Positions 10,137 to 19,904 of a stretch of 64,000 bases of DNA are shown piece by piece. The notes beneath the pieces were generated by a model, which did no database searches, was not told the origin of the DNA, and worked only from the letters and a program-made list of their open reading frames with translations. Position numbers and translations under genes: made by a program. The stretch lies in assembly GCF_003334385.1 (NCBI RefSeq), contig NZ_QOWN01000003.1. One strand, 5' to 3'. This DNA is from Escherichia coli (GTDB lineage: Bacteria > Pseudomonadota > Gammaproteobacteria > Enterobacterales > Enterobacteriaceae). Position 1 is the first letter of the stretch. Every line of letters starts with the position of its first letter.

Positions 10137-11402
10137 TTAACCTCTATGCTTAATTGTGTTTAACCGGGTGCAAAATTTACGCTCGCCAAACCGCACATCA
10201 TTTTCAGGAATAATGAAAACGCGGTAATAGCGGATAAAAACAATAATTGCGGTAATCAGGGCCAGCAGCGCGAAAGTAAAATCGAGAACAATGATATATT
10301 GCAGGCCGATGTTCGACAGATAACCGGTAATCAGTGGAATAACAAAGTTAGCCAGTCCACCCATCATCATATAAATACTGGTGACTTTGGCTTTGCTTTT
10401 GGGAAAAAACTCTGACATGACCGAAACGCCGAGCTGTAAAATGCCGCCAGCTGCTGAGAAACCGATAACAAAGGCTCCGGCATTGCACACCAGTGGAGAA
10501 GGGTACAGGTAGATAATGGCTGCTGTTATTGTTGCCAGTGCAGAGTTAAATACATTAGCCCAGATGGGCCGGACCATTTTTTTCAGTAGTGCGGCAAAAA
10601 TAAAGACACAGACCAACGAGCCCATACTGTAATAAGAGATGGTTTTTAATGCCTCAGCTTCTGACATACCAGCAAAAGCCATCGCATATTTGGGCATCCA
10701 CACCACAATCACATAAAAGGTCGAGAATGCGGCTACACCGAACAGTACCGATGAAACACCTTCCAGCCAGACTAACGGTTTGCTGTTCATTTGCGGTAAT
10801 TCATTAGTTACGCTGGCGTCCACCAACTGGCTGGGGAATTTGCTTTTCAACAGCATCAGCGTGATCAGTACAAATAGAATACCCGGAATAATCAGCCCAT
10901 AGCCGTACCAGATATTATTGAGCAACATATAGCTCACCAGCATTGGGTAGAACATTTGCCCAAATGACACCATCGCTTTAACCAGTATGACCGCCGAACC
11001 AGAGGCTTTCGGAAAGCATTCCATGAGCGCGGGGTAGCCACCCGTATCCAGCGCTGAGTTAGCGATACCTACGCACACTGCCAGACCGTAGGCGAGAGTT
11101 AAATTCGGGCAAGCGGGAATACCAAAGAAGAATAGCAGATACATTATTACTGCCATTAATATCACCGCCCGACGACCAAACTTATCGGAGATCACACCGA
11201 AGAATAAAATACTGATCAATCGCCCCAAACCGATACCGGAAATTAAGTAGGCAATGCCCGCGTTGTCAGTGGAAAACTTTTCCGCCAGAGATGACATATT
11301 TTGGGCAAGCGTAATAACACTAATGCCGTGCAGGAAGTAGCTGAAGTAAATACAAAGAACAGCCAGGATAAATGGCGTGCTGAAAGCCTTATTTTGAGAC
11401 AT
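10137..11402 (-). CDS. ydiN: MFS transporter
   Basis: Polytopic hydrophobic ORF; likely ATG start at 11400-11402 (MSQNKAF...), about 421 aa. Confidence 0.82.
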
Positions 11403-11628
11403 TTTCACAGCTCCTTGCTGAAAGATAATTTCGTTACCGTACGTATTGTTCTCCGACGGTTTACATAATTACTATACTGAAGATGATTTTCCCTGGGTAC
11501 ATGGCATAAAGTTTATGTTTCCAGGAATATTGCATGTCATAGTTTGTTTTTGATCGCGATTTTCCTTAGTTAGCGCAGAAAGAGTTATTTATCCGTAAGA
11601 TCTTGCATGACCTGAAAAGAATATTGCA

Positions 11629-12843
11629 TTACCCACCCGGAGCGACATTTTCCTTTAGCGAGTGATGCCGCGTTTTTTTGCGGCTGCGTAAGCCGATAAA
11701 CAGTGCCAGTAAAAAACCGATGGCAGCGATGGCGGTATCGAACCACATAATATCGGCAATACTTCTTTGGGACAGATGAGCCGTAATCAACGGAATAGTA
11801 AAGGTCGCAATACTGCCCGCACTGTAATAGATCCCTGTAGCTTTACCTTTAGCGTAAGGGAAACGTTCAGCCATTAACGTCAGGCCAATTTGCACAACAC
11901 CTCCAGCAGAGGTAAAACCAATGACAAAAGCAAATATTATCACCACATAAAATGTGGGATGCAGGCAGACGGTAAACAGAGCAATAAATGAGATAAAGGT
12001 GTACAGCATCAGTAATGTTGTTGGGCGAACGGTATTACGAATGAGTGGAGCGGTAATAAATACACAAAGCAGCGAACCCACGGTGTAGATACTGAGTAGT
12101 TTGATCGACATAGTGTATGACATGCCTGCAACAAATTGTCCGTACTGTGCCAGCCACTGGCTAACCAGATAAAACGTTGCCATTGAGATATAGCCATATA
12201 AGGTATAACTGGCTAAATCGATAATTGAACAGCGATGTTCCGTAGAGCTGGTGGTTTTCTTTATGACAGGTAAGCGACGACCCGGATGGGGTGGGAACGT
12301 ACAACGGTATAAAAACAGAGCGTTAATAAACATAATGCCTGCAGCAATCATAAAGGACCAACCGAACCACAGTTCAGCCCACACTAACAGGCTAATGATT
12401 AGCGGTAATAAAAATTGTCCGCTGGAAACAAATGCTTTAATTAAAATATTGGCTGTCCCAGGTGAGCGTGGAAAAGCTTCCATCAAACTGGGATAAGTGC
12501 CTGCATCGAGAAAACTGTTTGCCATTCCCGCCAGAAAGCCAAAAACATAAGCGATAATGATGTTATTGGTCTGCAGGATGCCAAAAAAGAAGGCCATATA
12601 GCAGCACATCCCGAGCATGATAAAAGGGCGGCGACCAAAGCGATCGGATAATAATCCTGCAAAAAGCAAGACACTTAATCGACCAATGCCCAGCGATGAG
12701 ATAACTATCGAGACACCCGCGGCATTAGTCTGCCAAAGTGTCTCCAGCGAGGCCATATTCAGGCTCATCAAAAGGACGCCCATACCATGCACCAGGTAAT
12801 TAAAATACAACCCAAGTGCGGTAGGGAAATAGGGATTTTTCAT
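11629..12843 (-). CDS. ydiM: MFS transporter
   Basis: 404-aa polytopic hydrophobic ORF, paralogous in character to ydiN. Confidence 0.82.
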   Translation of the reverse strand: MKNPYFPTALGLYFNYLVHGMGVLLMSLNMASLETLWQTNAAGVSIVISSLGIGRLSVLLFAGLLSDRFGRRPFIMLGMCCYMAFFFGILQTNNIIIAYVFGFLAGMANSFLDAGTYPSLMEAFPRSPGTANILIKAFVSSGQFLLPLIISLLVWAELWFGWSFMIAAGIMFINALFLYRCTFPPHPGRRLPVIKKTTSSTEHRCSIIDLASYTLYGYISMATFYLVSQWLAQYGQFVAGMSYTMSIKLLSIYTVGSLLCVFITAPLIRNTVRPTTLLMLYTFISFIALFTVCLHPTFYVVIIFAFVIGFTSAGGVVQIGLTLMAERFPYAKGKATGIYYSAGSIATFTIPLITAHLSQRSIADIMWFDTAIAAIGFLLALFIGLRSRKKTRHHSLKENVAPGG

Positions 12844-12942
12844 AGGTTCTACTTAGCAAAGGTGCTTTAAAAAGTGAAGCGATGTTGTGTCAGCATCCGT
12901 TCATTATTGTTGTAACAACGACAATTCCTTTCTGTGGAAAAA

Positions 12943-13299
12943 TTAACAAAGCCGCTCCAGATCGTGTGCATATAATTCAGCAGCTACCGATTGATAGATC
13001 TTCCAGTCAATAAAATTGCCATCAGGGTAGACTCGTTGAAATGCGGTTAAGTCGGGGAAAAAACGCATGGTGTTGTTGCCGATGCGGTTATTTATTTTCT
13101 CTATGATGGCATGAAGATGTTTTTTTCTTTGCTGACGCATAGCCAACAGTTGCTCGACTACACGATCAGGAATGGCACACTTGCCATTTTCCCACTGACG
13201 CCAGCTTTCACTGTCACCGGTCTGGGCAATCCAGGTCGCGCATTCATCAATAGTCATGGCAAAAATATGGCGGAGTGCCTGGAGTTCATAAGCGTTCAT
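12943..13299 (-). CDS. ydiL: small conserved protein of unknown function
   Basis: ORF track 12943..13326; start taken at ATG 13297-13299 (MNAYELQALRH...), about 118 aa. Confidence 0.7.
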   Translation of the reverse strand: MNAYELQALRHIFAMTIDECATWIAQTGDSESWRQWENGKCAIPDRVVEQLLAMRQQRKKHLHAIIEKINNRIGNNTMRFFPDLTAFQRVYPDGNFIDWKIYQSVAAELYAHDLERLC

Positions 13300-13436
13300 C
13301 GTGTAATGGCTGCATGAAATAAACAATAAAATATAAATAACATTATCAGCCTGCTGACGGCTTGAAGAGAGTCACAGTATCTTGTGCAACATTATTGGAA
13401 AGAGTGAGGGGCGAGGTAGCGAAGCGGAAAAATGTT

Positions 13437-13542
13437 AAAAAAAAGCCCATCGTGGGAGATGGGCAAAGACTACACACAGCAATTCGTTGTTTCACTCAGG
13501 GGATTTCCATGCTTATAAATCAATATGTTGATTTATAACCGT
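13437..13542 (-). ncRNA. rprA: RprA small regulatory RNA (RpoS translational activator)
   Basis: Reverse complement reads ACGGTTATAAATCAACATATTGATTTATAAGCATGGAAATCCCC...CCCATCTCCCACGATGGGC followed by a T-run (terminator hairpin); matches RprA as recalled, between ydiL and ydiK. Confidence 0.85.
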
Positions 13543-13727
13543 GAGCTAATAGTAGGCATACGGACTTTTTGCGTCGATCAGATTCGTCTCATTAGTTTAA
13601 AAACTGTAAAGAATTTGCGACAGGTACTACCAGCTGAATGGCGGTAAGCAGGAAAATATGGGGAAGAGCAAGCAAATATCAATTAGCGGTGGTTAACAAT
13701 CAGGCGGCAGAGCCGCCTGATGAGAAA

Positions 13728-14840
13728 TTACTTATTCGGTTTCTCGATTTCGCCAAGTTCTTCGAGAATTTCTTCCGGTTGGTCCGTCGGCGGCGGGACT
13801 TCTTCCACCCACGCGGCAAACAGACGCCAGGAAACGGCTAACAGAACCGGACCAATAAACAGACCGATCATCCCGAAAGCAATCAAACCACCAATAACGC
13901 CAGAGAGAATCAGGATCAGCGGTAAATCGGCACCCATGCGAATTAACATTGGGCGGATGACGTTATCCAGCGTGCCAACCACACCGCTCCACACTAACAA
14001 TACCGTTCCCCAGGTGGTATCGCCAGTCCAGTAGAGCCAGATAATCGCCGGAATCAGTACCGGCAACGGGCCAAGCTGGACAAGGCAGGAGAGGATCATT
14101 AACACCGTTAGCAACGTTGCATAAGGTACGCCGGATACGGCGAGGCCGATACCGCCAAGCACTGCCTGTACTAACGCCGTCACCACCACACCCAGCGCCA
14201 CCGCGCGGATAGCCTGTGCCGCCAGCAGCACGGCGGCATCTCCGCGAACGCCTGCCAGACGGGTTGCAAAATGGCGAATGCCTTGTGCCACCTGTTCACC
14301 GCGCCAGTACAGCAGGGCACTGAAGAGAAGCATCAGCGCACAATGCACCATAAAGCGCCCGATATGCGCCGCCTGCCCAACGAACCAGGTGGTGGTGGTG
14401 CCAATATAAGGGCGGACTTTCGCCATGATCGCCGTCCCCCCCATATCCAGCAAGTTGTGCCAGCCTGCATACAGCTTCGCGCCAATCACCGGAATGGTAT
14501 TAAGCCACGCCAGATCGGGTAACGTCATGTCACCGCTGGAAATGGCTTTAATTAGCGGGCCGCTGCCGTCGACGATACTGTTAACCAGCAAAGCAATAGG
14601 GATGATAAACACCATCACTAATAACAGCGTCATCACCAGAACGGCGAGAGAGCGGCGGCCAAACATGATCTTTTGCAAACGTAACAATACCGGCCAGGTG
14701 GCGATAACCACCGTACCGGCCCATGCAAAGCCGAGAATAAAGGGTTGAACAATCCACAGACATGCCACAATCATGATGGCTAAAAACAGCACCGAAAGCA
14801 GAATTTGTGCGACATCCCTGGGCTGACGAACATTTACCAT
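13728..14840 (-). CDS. ydiK: inner-membrane protein, AI-2E / PerM (UPF0118) family transporter
   Basis: 370-aa polytopic ORF. Confidence 0.82.
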   Translation of the reverse strand: MVNVRQPRDVAQILLSVLFLAIMIVACLWIVQPFILGFAWAGTVVIATWPVLLRLQKIMFGRRSLAVLVMTLLLVMVFIIPIALLVNSIVDGSGPLIKAISSGDMTLPDLAWLNTIPVIGAKLYAGWHNLLDMGGTAIMAKVRPYIGTTTTWFVGQAAHIGRFMVHCALMLLFSALLYWRGEQVAQGIRHFATRLAGVRGDAAVLLAAQAIRAVALGVVVTALVQAVLGGIGLAVSGVPYATLLTVLMILSCLVQLGPLPVLIPAIIWLYWTGDTTWGTVLLVWSGVVGTLDNVIRPMLIRMGADLPLILILSGVIGGLIAFGMIGLFIGPVLLAVSWRLFAAWVEEVPPPTDQPEEILEELGEIEKPNK

Positions 14841-15228
14841 AACTACTTTTCACCTTTTTTGTGCGTCAAATCGTCGACGCGACGTGAACACGCGAAACTC
14901 ACCTGCATAATGATGAGCAATTTCAGCGGTTTTTAACAGGCCGATTCTGCCCTTAATTCTGATGGGCGTGTTAGAAAAAAATGTGGTACAACAACTCAGG
15001 CAACACGCAAACGATTTACTCGTCGTATTTCAAGTTGCATGTGCTGCGGCTACGTTCGTTCACCCCAGTCACTTACTATTGTAAGCTCCTGGAGTTCACT
15101 CGCTTGCCGCCTTCCTGCAACACGAAATCCATAGAGTAAACAAACATCACCTTTCAGTGCGCTATTGCAGCAGCCTGAAAGAATAGTGTATCGACCTACA
15201 TCACAGACCGCAGGAAAGGGTCAATATA

Positions 15229-18200
15229 ATGATTCCACAGATTTCCCAGGCACCCGGCGTCGTTCAACTGGTGCTTAATTTTTTGCAAGAGCTGGAGCAA
15301 CAAGGTTTTACCGGCGATACGGCGACAAGTTATGCCGATCGTCTGACAATGTCGACCGACAACAGTATTTACCAACTTCTCCCCGATGCGGTGGTATTTC
15401 CGCGTTCAACCGCAGATGTGGCGCTGATCGCCCGTCTTGCCGCGCAGGAACGCTATTCATCGCTGATCTTTACCCCCCGCGGCGGCGGCACCGGCACTAA
15501 CGGTCAGGCGCTCAACCAGGGGATTATTGTTGATATGTCCCGCCATATGAACCGCATCATCGAAATTAACCCTGAAGAGGGCTGGGTGCGCGTTGAGGCC
15601 GGGGTGATAAAAGATCAACTCAATCAGTACCTGAAACCGTTCGGCTACTTTTTTGCGCCGGAACTTTCGACCAGCAACCGGGCAACGCTCGGTGGGATGA
15701 TCAATACCGATGCATCCGGTCAGGGATCGCTGGTCTATGGCAAAACGTCAGATCACGTACTTGGCGTACGCGCGGTGTTGTTGGGGGGCGATATTCTCGA
15801 TACGCAACCTTTACCCGTCGAATTGGCGGAAACGCTGGGTAAATCCAATACCACAATCGGGCGAATTTATAACACGGTTTATCAACGTTGCCGTCAGCAA
15901 CGCCAGTTAATTATCGACAACTTCCCCAAACTTAACCGCTTTCTTACCGGTTACGATCTGCGTCATGTCTTTAACGATGAGATGACCGAGTTCGACCTGA
16001 CGCGCATTCTGACGGGTTCAGAAGGGACGCTGGCCTTTATTACCGAAGCGCGGCTGGATATTACACGCTTGCCTAAAGTGCGCCGTCTGGTGAACGTCAA
16101 ATATGACTCTTTTGACTCTGCGCTGCGTAACGCGCCGTTTATGGTTGAGGCGCGGGCGCTTTCGGTAGAGACGGTGGACTCAAAAGTGCTGAATCTGGCG
16201 CGGGAAGATATTGTCTGGCATTCCGTCAGCGAGTTGATTACCGATGTGCCTGACCAAGAGATGCTCGGGCTGAACATTGTGGAATTTGCTGGTGATGATG
16301 AGGCGCTGATTGATGAGCGGGTAAATGCACTCTGTGCGCGGTTGGATGAGCTGATCGCCAGTCATCAAGCAGGTGTCATCGGCTGGCAGGTGTGCCGTGA
16401 GCTGGCGGGGGTTGAACGTATCTATGCAATGCGCAAAAAAGCCGTTGGTCTGCTTGGCAATGCCAAAGGTGCCGCTAAGCCAATTCCGTTTGCTGAGGAT
16501 ACCTGCGTACCGCCGGAACACCTGGCGGATTATATTGCTGAATTTCGCGCGCTGCTCGACAGCCACGGCTTAAGCTACGGTATGTTCGGTCACGTCGACG
16601 CAGGTGTCTTGCACGTCCGTCCAGCGCTGGATATGTGCGATCCTCAACAAGAGATTTTGATGAAGCAAATCTCTGATGACGTGGTGGCGCTGACTGCGAA
16701 ATACGGTGGTTTGTTGTGGGGCGAGCACGGCAAAGGTTTTCGCGCTGAATACAGCCCGGCGTTTTTCGGTGAGGAACTTTTTGCAGAACTGCGCAAAGTG
16801 AAAGCGGCATTTGACCCGCATAACCGACTCAACCCAGGGAAGATTTGCCCGCCAGAAGGTCTCGATGCGCCGATGATGAAAGTGGACGCGGTGAAGCGCG
16901 GTACATTCGATCGGCAGATCCCCATTGCGGTACGCCAGCAGTGGCGCGGTGCGATGGAGTGTAACGGCAACGGTTTATGCTTCAACTTTGATGCCCGTAG
17001 TCCGATGTGTCCGTCGATGAAGATCACCCAGAACCGGATTCATTCACCGAAAGGGCGCGCAACGCTGGTGCGTGAATGGCTGCGTTTGTTGGCGGATCGC
17101 GGCGTTGATCCACTCAAACTGGAACAAGAACTGCCTGAATCCGGCGTCAGTTTGCGGACGTTAATTGCCCGCACGCGCAATAGCTGGCATGCGAATAAAG
17201 GCGAATATGACTTCTCACACGAAGTCAAAGAGGCGATGTCGGGCTGTCTGGCCTGTAAAGCGTGTTCGACCCAGTGCCCCATCAAAATTGATGTGCCGGA
17301 GTTTCGCTCTCGTTTTCTGCAGCTCTATCACACCCGTTATTTACGCCCGCTGCGCGACCACCTCGTCGCTACGGTCGAGAGCTACGCGCCGCTGATGGCA
17401 CGCGCGCCGAAAACCTTTAACTTCTTCATTAACCAGCCGCTGGTGCGCAAACTCTCGGAAAAACATATCGGCATGGTTGATTTGCCGCTGCTGTCGGTCC
17501 CCTCGCTACAACAACAAATGGTGGGGCATCGCTCGGCAAACATGACGCTGGAACAGCTTGAATCTCTCAATGCAGAGCAGAAAGCGCGCACAGTGTTGGT
17601 GGTGCAGGACCCCTTTACCAGCTATTACGATGCGCAAGTGGTGGCGGATTTTGTCCGTCTGGTCGAAAAATTAGGTTTCCAGCCTGTGTTACTGCCATTT
17701 TCGCCAAATGGCAAAGCCCAGCATATTAAAGGTTTTCTTAATCGTTTTGCGAAGACGGCGAAAAAGACGGCGGATTTCCTCAACCGTATGGCGAAGCTGG
17801 GTATGCCAATGGTGGGCGTCGATCCGGCGCTGGTACTTTGTTATCGCGATGAATATAAACTGGCGCTGGGCGAGGAGCGTGGCGAGTTTAACGTCTTACT
17901 GGCGAATGAATGGCTGGCAAGCGCACTTGAGTCACAGCCAGTGGCTACAGTCAGCGGTGAATCATGGTATTTCTTTGGTCACTGTACCGAAGTTACCGCC
18001 TTGCCGGGTGCGCCAGCACAATGGGCCGCGATATTTGCCCGTTTTGGCGCGAAACTGGAAAATGTCAGCGTGGGTTGCTGCGGCATGGCAGGGACTTACG
18101 GACATGAAGCGAAAAACCATGAAAATTCGCTCGGGATCTATGAGTTATCCTGGCATCAGGCTATGCAGCGACTGCCGCGTAACCGCTGTCTGGCGACCGG

Positions 18201-18285
18201 ATATTCCTGCCGTAGCCAGGTAAAACGGGTTGAAGGCACGGGGGTACGCCATCCTGTGCAGGCTTTACTGGAGATTATTAAATGA
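15229..18285 (+). CDS. ydiJ: FAD-linked oxidoreductase fused to Fe-S and CCG domains
   Basis: 1018-aa ORF with an N-terminal FAD-binding motif (RGGGTGTNGQA), 4Fe-4S-type cysteine clusters (CNGNGLCFNFDARSPMCPS; CLACKACSTQCP) and a C-terminal CCGMAG motif. Confidence 0.85.
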   Translation: MIPQISQAPGVVQLVLNFLQELEQQGFTGDTATSYADRLTMSTDNSIYQLLPDAVVFPRSTADVALIARLAAQERYSSLIFTPRGGGTGTNGQALNQGIIVDMSRHMNRIIEINPEEGWVRVEAGVIKDQLNQYLKPFGYFFAPELSTSNRATLGGMINTDASGQGSLVYGKTSDHVLGVRAVLLGGDILDTQPLPVELAETLGKSNTTIGRIYNTVYQRCRQQRQLIIDNFPKLNRFLTGYDLRHVFNDEMTEFDLTRILTGSEGTLAFITEARLDITRLPKVRRLVNVKYDSFDSALRNAPFMVEARALSVETVDSKVLNLAREDIVWHSVSELITDVPDQEMLGLNIVEFAGDDEALIDERVNALCARLDELIASHQAGVIGWQVCRELAGVERIYAMRKKAVGLLGNAKGAAKPIPFAEDTCVPPEHLADYIAEFRALLDSHGLSYGMFGHVDAGVLHVRPALDMCDPQQEILMKQISDDVVALTAKYGGLLWGEHGKGFRAEYSPAFFGEELFAELRKVKAAFDPHNRLNPGKICPPEGLDAPMMKVDAVKRGTFDRQIPIAVRQQWRGAMECNGNGLCFNFDARSPMCPSMKITQNRIHSPKGRATLVREWLRLLADRGVDPLKLEQELPESGVSLRTLIARTRNSWHANKGEYDFSHEVKEAMSGCLACKACSTQCPIKIDVPEFRSRFLQLYHTRYLRPLRDHLVATVESYAPLMARAPKTFNFFINQPLVRKLSEKHIGMVDLPLLSVPSLQQQMVGHRSANMTLEQLESLNAEQKARTVLVVQDPFTSYYDAQVVADFVRLVEKLGFQPVLLPFSPNGKAQHIKGFLNRFAKTAKKTADFLNRMAKLGMPMVGVDPALVLCYRDEYKLALGEERGEFNVLLANEWLASALESQPVATVSGESWYFFGHCTEVTALPGAPAQWAAIFARFGAKLENVSVGCCGMAGTYGHEAKNHENSLGIYELSWHQAMQRLPRNRCLATGYSCRSQVKRVEGTGVRHPVQALLEIIK

Positions 18286-18692
18286 TATGGAAACGGAAAA
18301 TCACCCTGGAAGCACTGAATGCTATGGGTGAAGGAAACATGGTGGGGTTCCTGGATATTCGCTTTGAACATATTGGTGATGACACCCTTGAAGCGACAAT
18401 GCCAGTAGACTCGCGGACAAAGCAGCCTTTCGGGTTGCTGCATGGAGGAGCATCCGTGGTACTGGCCGAAAGTATCGGTTCCGTTGCCGGTTATTTATGT
18501 ACCGAAGGTGAGCAAAAAGTGGTTGGTCTGGAAATCAATGCTAACCACGTCCGCTCGGCACGAGAAGGGCGGGTGCGCGGCGTATGCAAACCGTTGCATC
18601 TCGGTTCGCGTCACCAGGTCTGGCAGATTGAAATCTTCGATGAGAAAGGGCGTTTGTGCTGTTCGTCACGATTGACGACCGCCATTTTGTGA
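18282..18692 (+). CDS. menI: hotdog-fold thioesterase (1,4-dihydroxy-2-naphthoyl-CoA hydrolase; ydiI)
   Basis: 136-aa ORF whose start overlaps the ydiJ stop (ATGA). Confidence 0.82.
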   Translation: MIWKRKITLEALNAMGEGNMVGFLDIRFEHIGDDTLEATMPVDSRTKQPFGLLHGGASVVLAESIGSVAGYLCTEGEQKVVGLEINANHVRSAREGRVRGVCKPLHLGSRHQVWQIEIFDEKGRLCCSSRLTTAIL

Positions 18693-18791
18693 CGTTGTCA
18701 CCAGAAAAGTGTGACGCATATTGCTTTTGGTCATTATCTGCACAGTAAACGGTGGTATACTGTGCAGGTCTTGTCTAAAAGCGAGGATGCT

Positions 18792-18980
18792 ATGTCTACT
18801 CAACTTGATCCCACCCAGCTGGCCATTGAATTTTTACGCCGTGACCAGAGCAATCTTTCACCTGCCCAATATCTCAAACGTCTGAAACAACTAGAACTTG
18901 AATTTGCTGACCTGCTTACTCTCTCTTCTGCTGAATTAAAAGAAGAAATCTACTTTGCCTGGCGTCTGGGCGTGCATTGA
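18792..18980 (+). CDS. ydiH: small protein of unknown function
   Basis: ORF track 18711..18980; start taken at ATG 18792 (MSTQLDPTQLAIEF...), about 62 aa. Confidence 0.6.
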   Translation: MSTQLDPTQLAIEFLRRDQSNLSPAQYLKRLKQLELEFADLLTLSSAELKEEIYFAWRLGVH

Positions 18981-19149
18981 TCCTGACTTAATGCCGCAAG
19001 TTCGCCAAATCGACCTGGATTAACCTCCGTCCAGGTTCGATGACCTTCTTAATACTGCTTATCTACCGCCTGATATTGTTCAAAAATAATACTAATCGCA
19101 GTTTGTGTTAAAACGGCGGGTTAGCTTTATGAGATTATTCTTATCGCCC

Positions 19150-19246
19150 CTTCAAGAGCTAAGCCACTGAGAGTGCCGGAGATAAGCGCCGGATGGGGTA
19201 GAAACCCTTAAGCCTGTGTCGCACAGACTTAAGGGTTTTCTTATTT
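19150..19246 (+). ncRNA. putative small RNA or terminator structure in the ydiH-sufA spacer (position consistent with RydB)
   Basis: Long imperfect hairpin AAACCCTTAAG...CTTAAGGGTTT (19202-19238) followed by a T-rich tract on the plus strand, about 220 nt from the ydiH stop. The boundaries are approximate, and the strand is inferred only from the terminator. Confidence 0.3.
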
Positions 19247-19467
19247 CTGAACGCTGCACTTTTTTACCTATCTCTTAAATAGTCATTTTCAATACAACTT
19301 TTTCTTTTTCATCACAGCCTTAATGCTCCTTAGATAATAACCATTATCTAACAATGAGATACCTAATTCTTAGCGTGCCTGTTAACCCACACATCAGGGT
19401 CTATGCTTATTAAAAGCAGGCAAAAAGCATGTTTTACGGTAAAGCCCCTGCGTTTGCTGGGTTGAAC

Positions 19468-19483
19468 TGATAATCATTATCAC
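19468..19483. promoter_or_regulatory. Fur box in the sufA promoter region
   Basis: TGATAATCATTATCAC matches the Fur consensus core (GATAATGATAATCATTATC), about 45-60 bp upstream of the sufA start codon. Confidence 0.6.
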
Positions 19484-19527
19484 TAACATGCTGTTATACG
19501 CTGAAAGCGATGAAGTGAGGTAAATCG

Positions 19528-19896
19528 ATGGACATGCATTCAGGAACCTTTAACCCACAAGATTTCGCCTGGCAAGGCTTAACGCTGACACCCGCAGCGG
19601 CGATACACATCCGTGAGCTGGTGGCAAAGCAGCCGGGTATGGTCGGCGTGCGCTTAGGCGTGAAGCAAACGGGCTGCGCGGGCTTTGGCTATGTGCTCGA
19701 CAGTGTTAGCGAGCCGGACAAAGACGATCTGCTGTTTGAACACGACGGCGCGAAGCTGTTTGTCCCGCTGCAAGCGATGCCGTTTATTGATGGCACGGAA
19801 GTCGATTTCGTTCGTGAAGGACTTAATCAGATATTCAAATTTCACAACCCTAAAGCCCAGAATGAATGTGGCTGTGGCGAAAGCTTTGGGGTATAG
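19528..19896 (+). CDS. sufA: Fe-S cluster assembly A-type carrier
   Basis: 122-aa ORF with a C-terminal CGCGESF motif; first gene of sufABCDSE. Confidence 0.92.
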   Translation: MDMHSGTFNPQDFAWQGLTLTPAAAIHIRELVAKQPGMVGVRLGVKQTGCAGFGYVLDSVSEPDKDDLLFEHDGAKLFVPLQAMPFIDGTEVDFVREGLNQIFKFHNPKAQNECGCGESFGV

Positions 19897-19904
19897 GCGG
19901 TACT

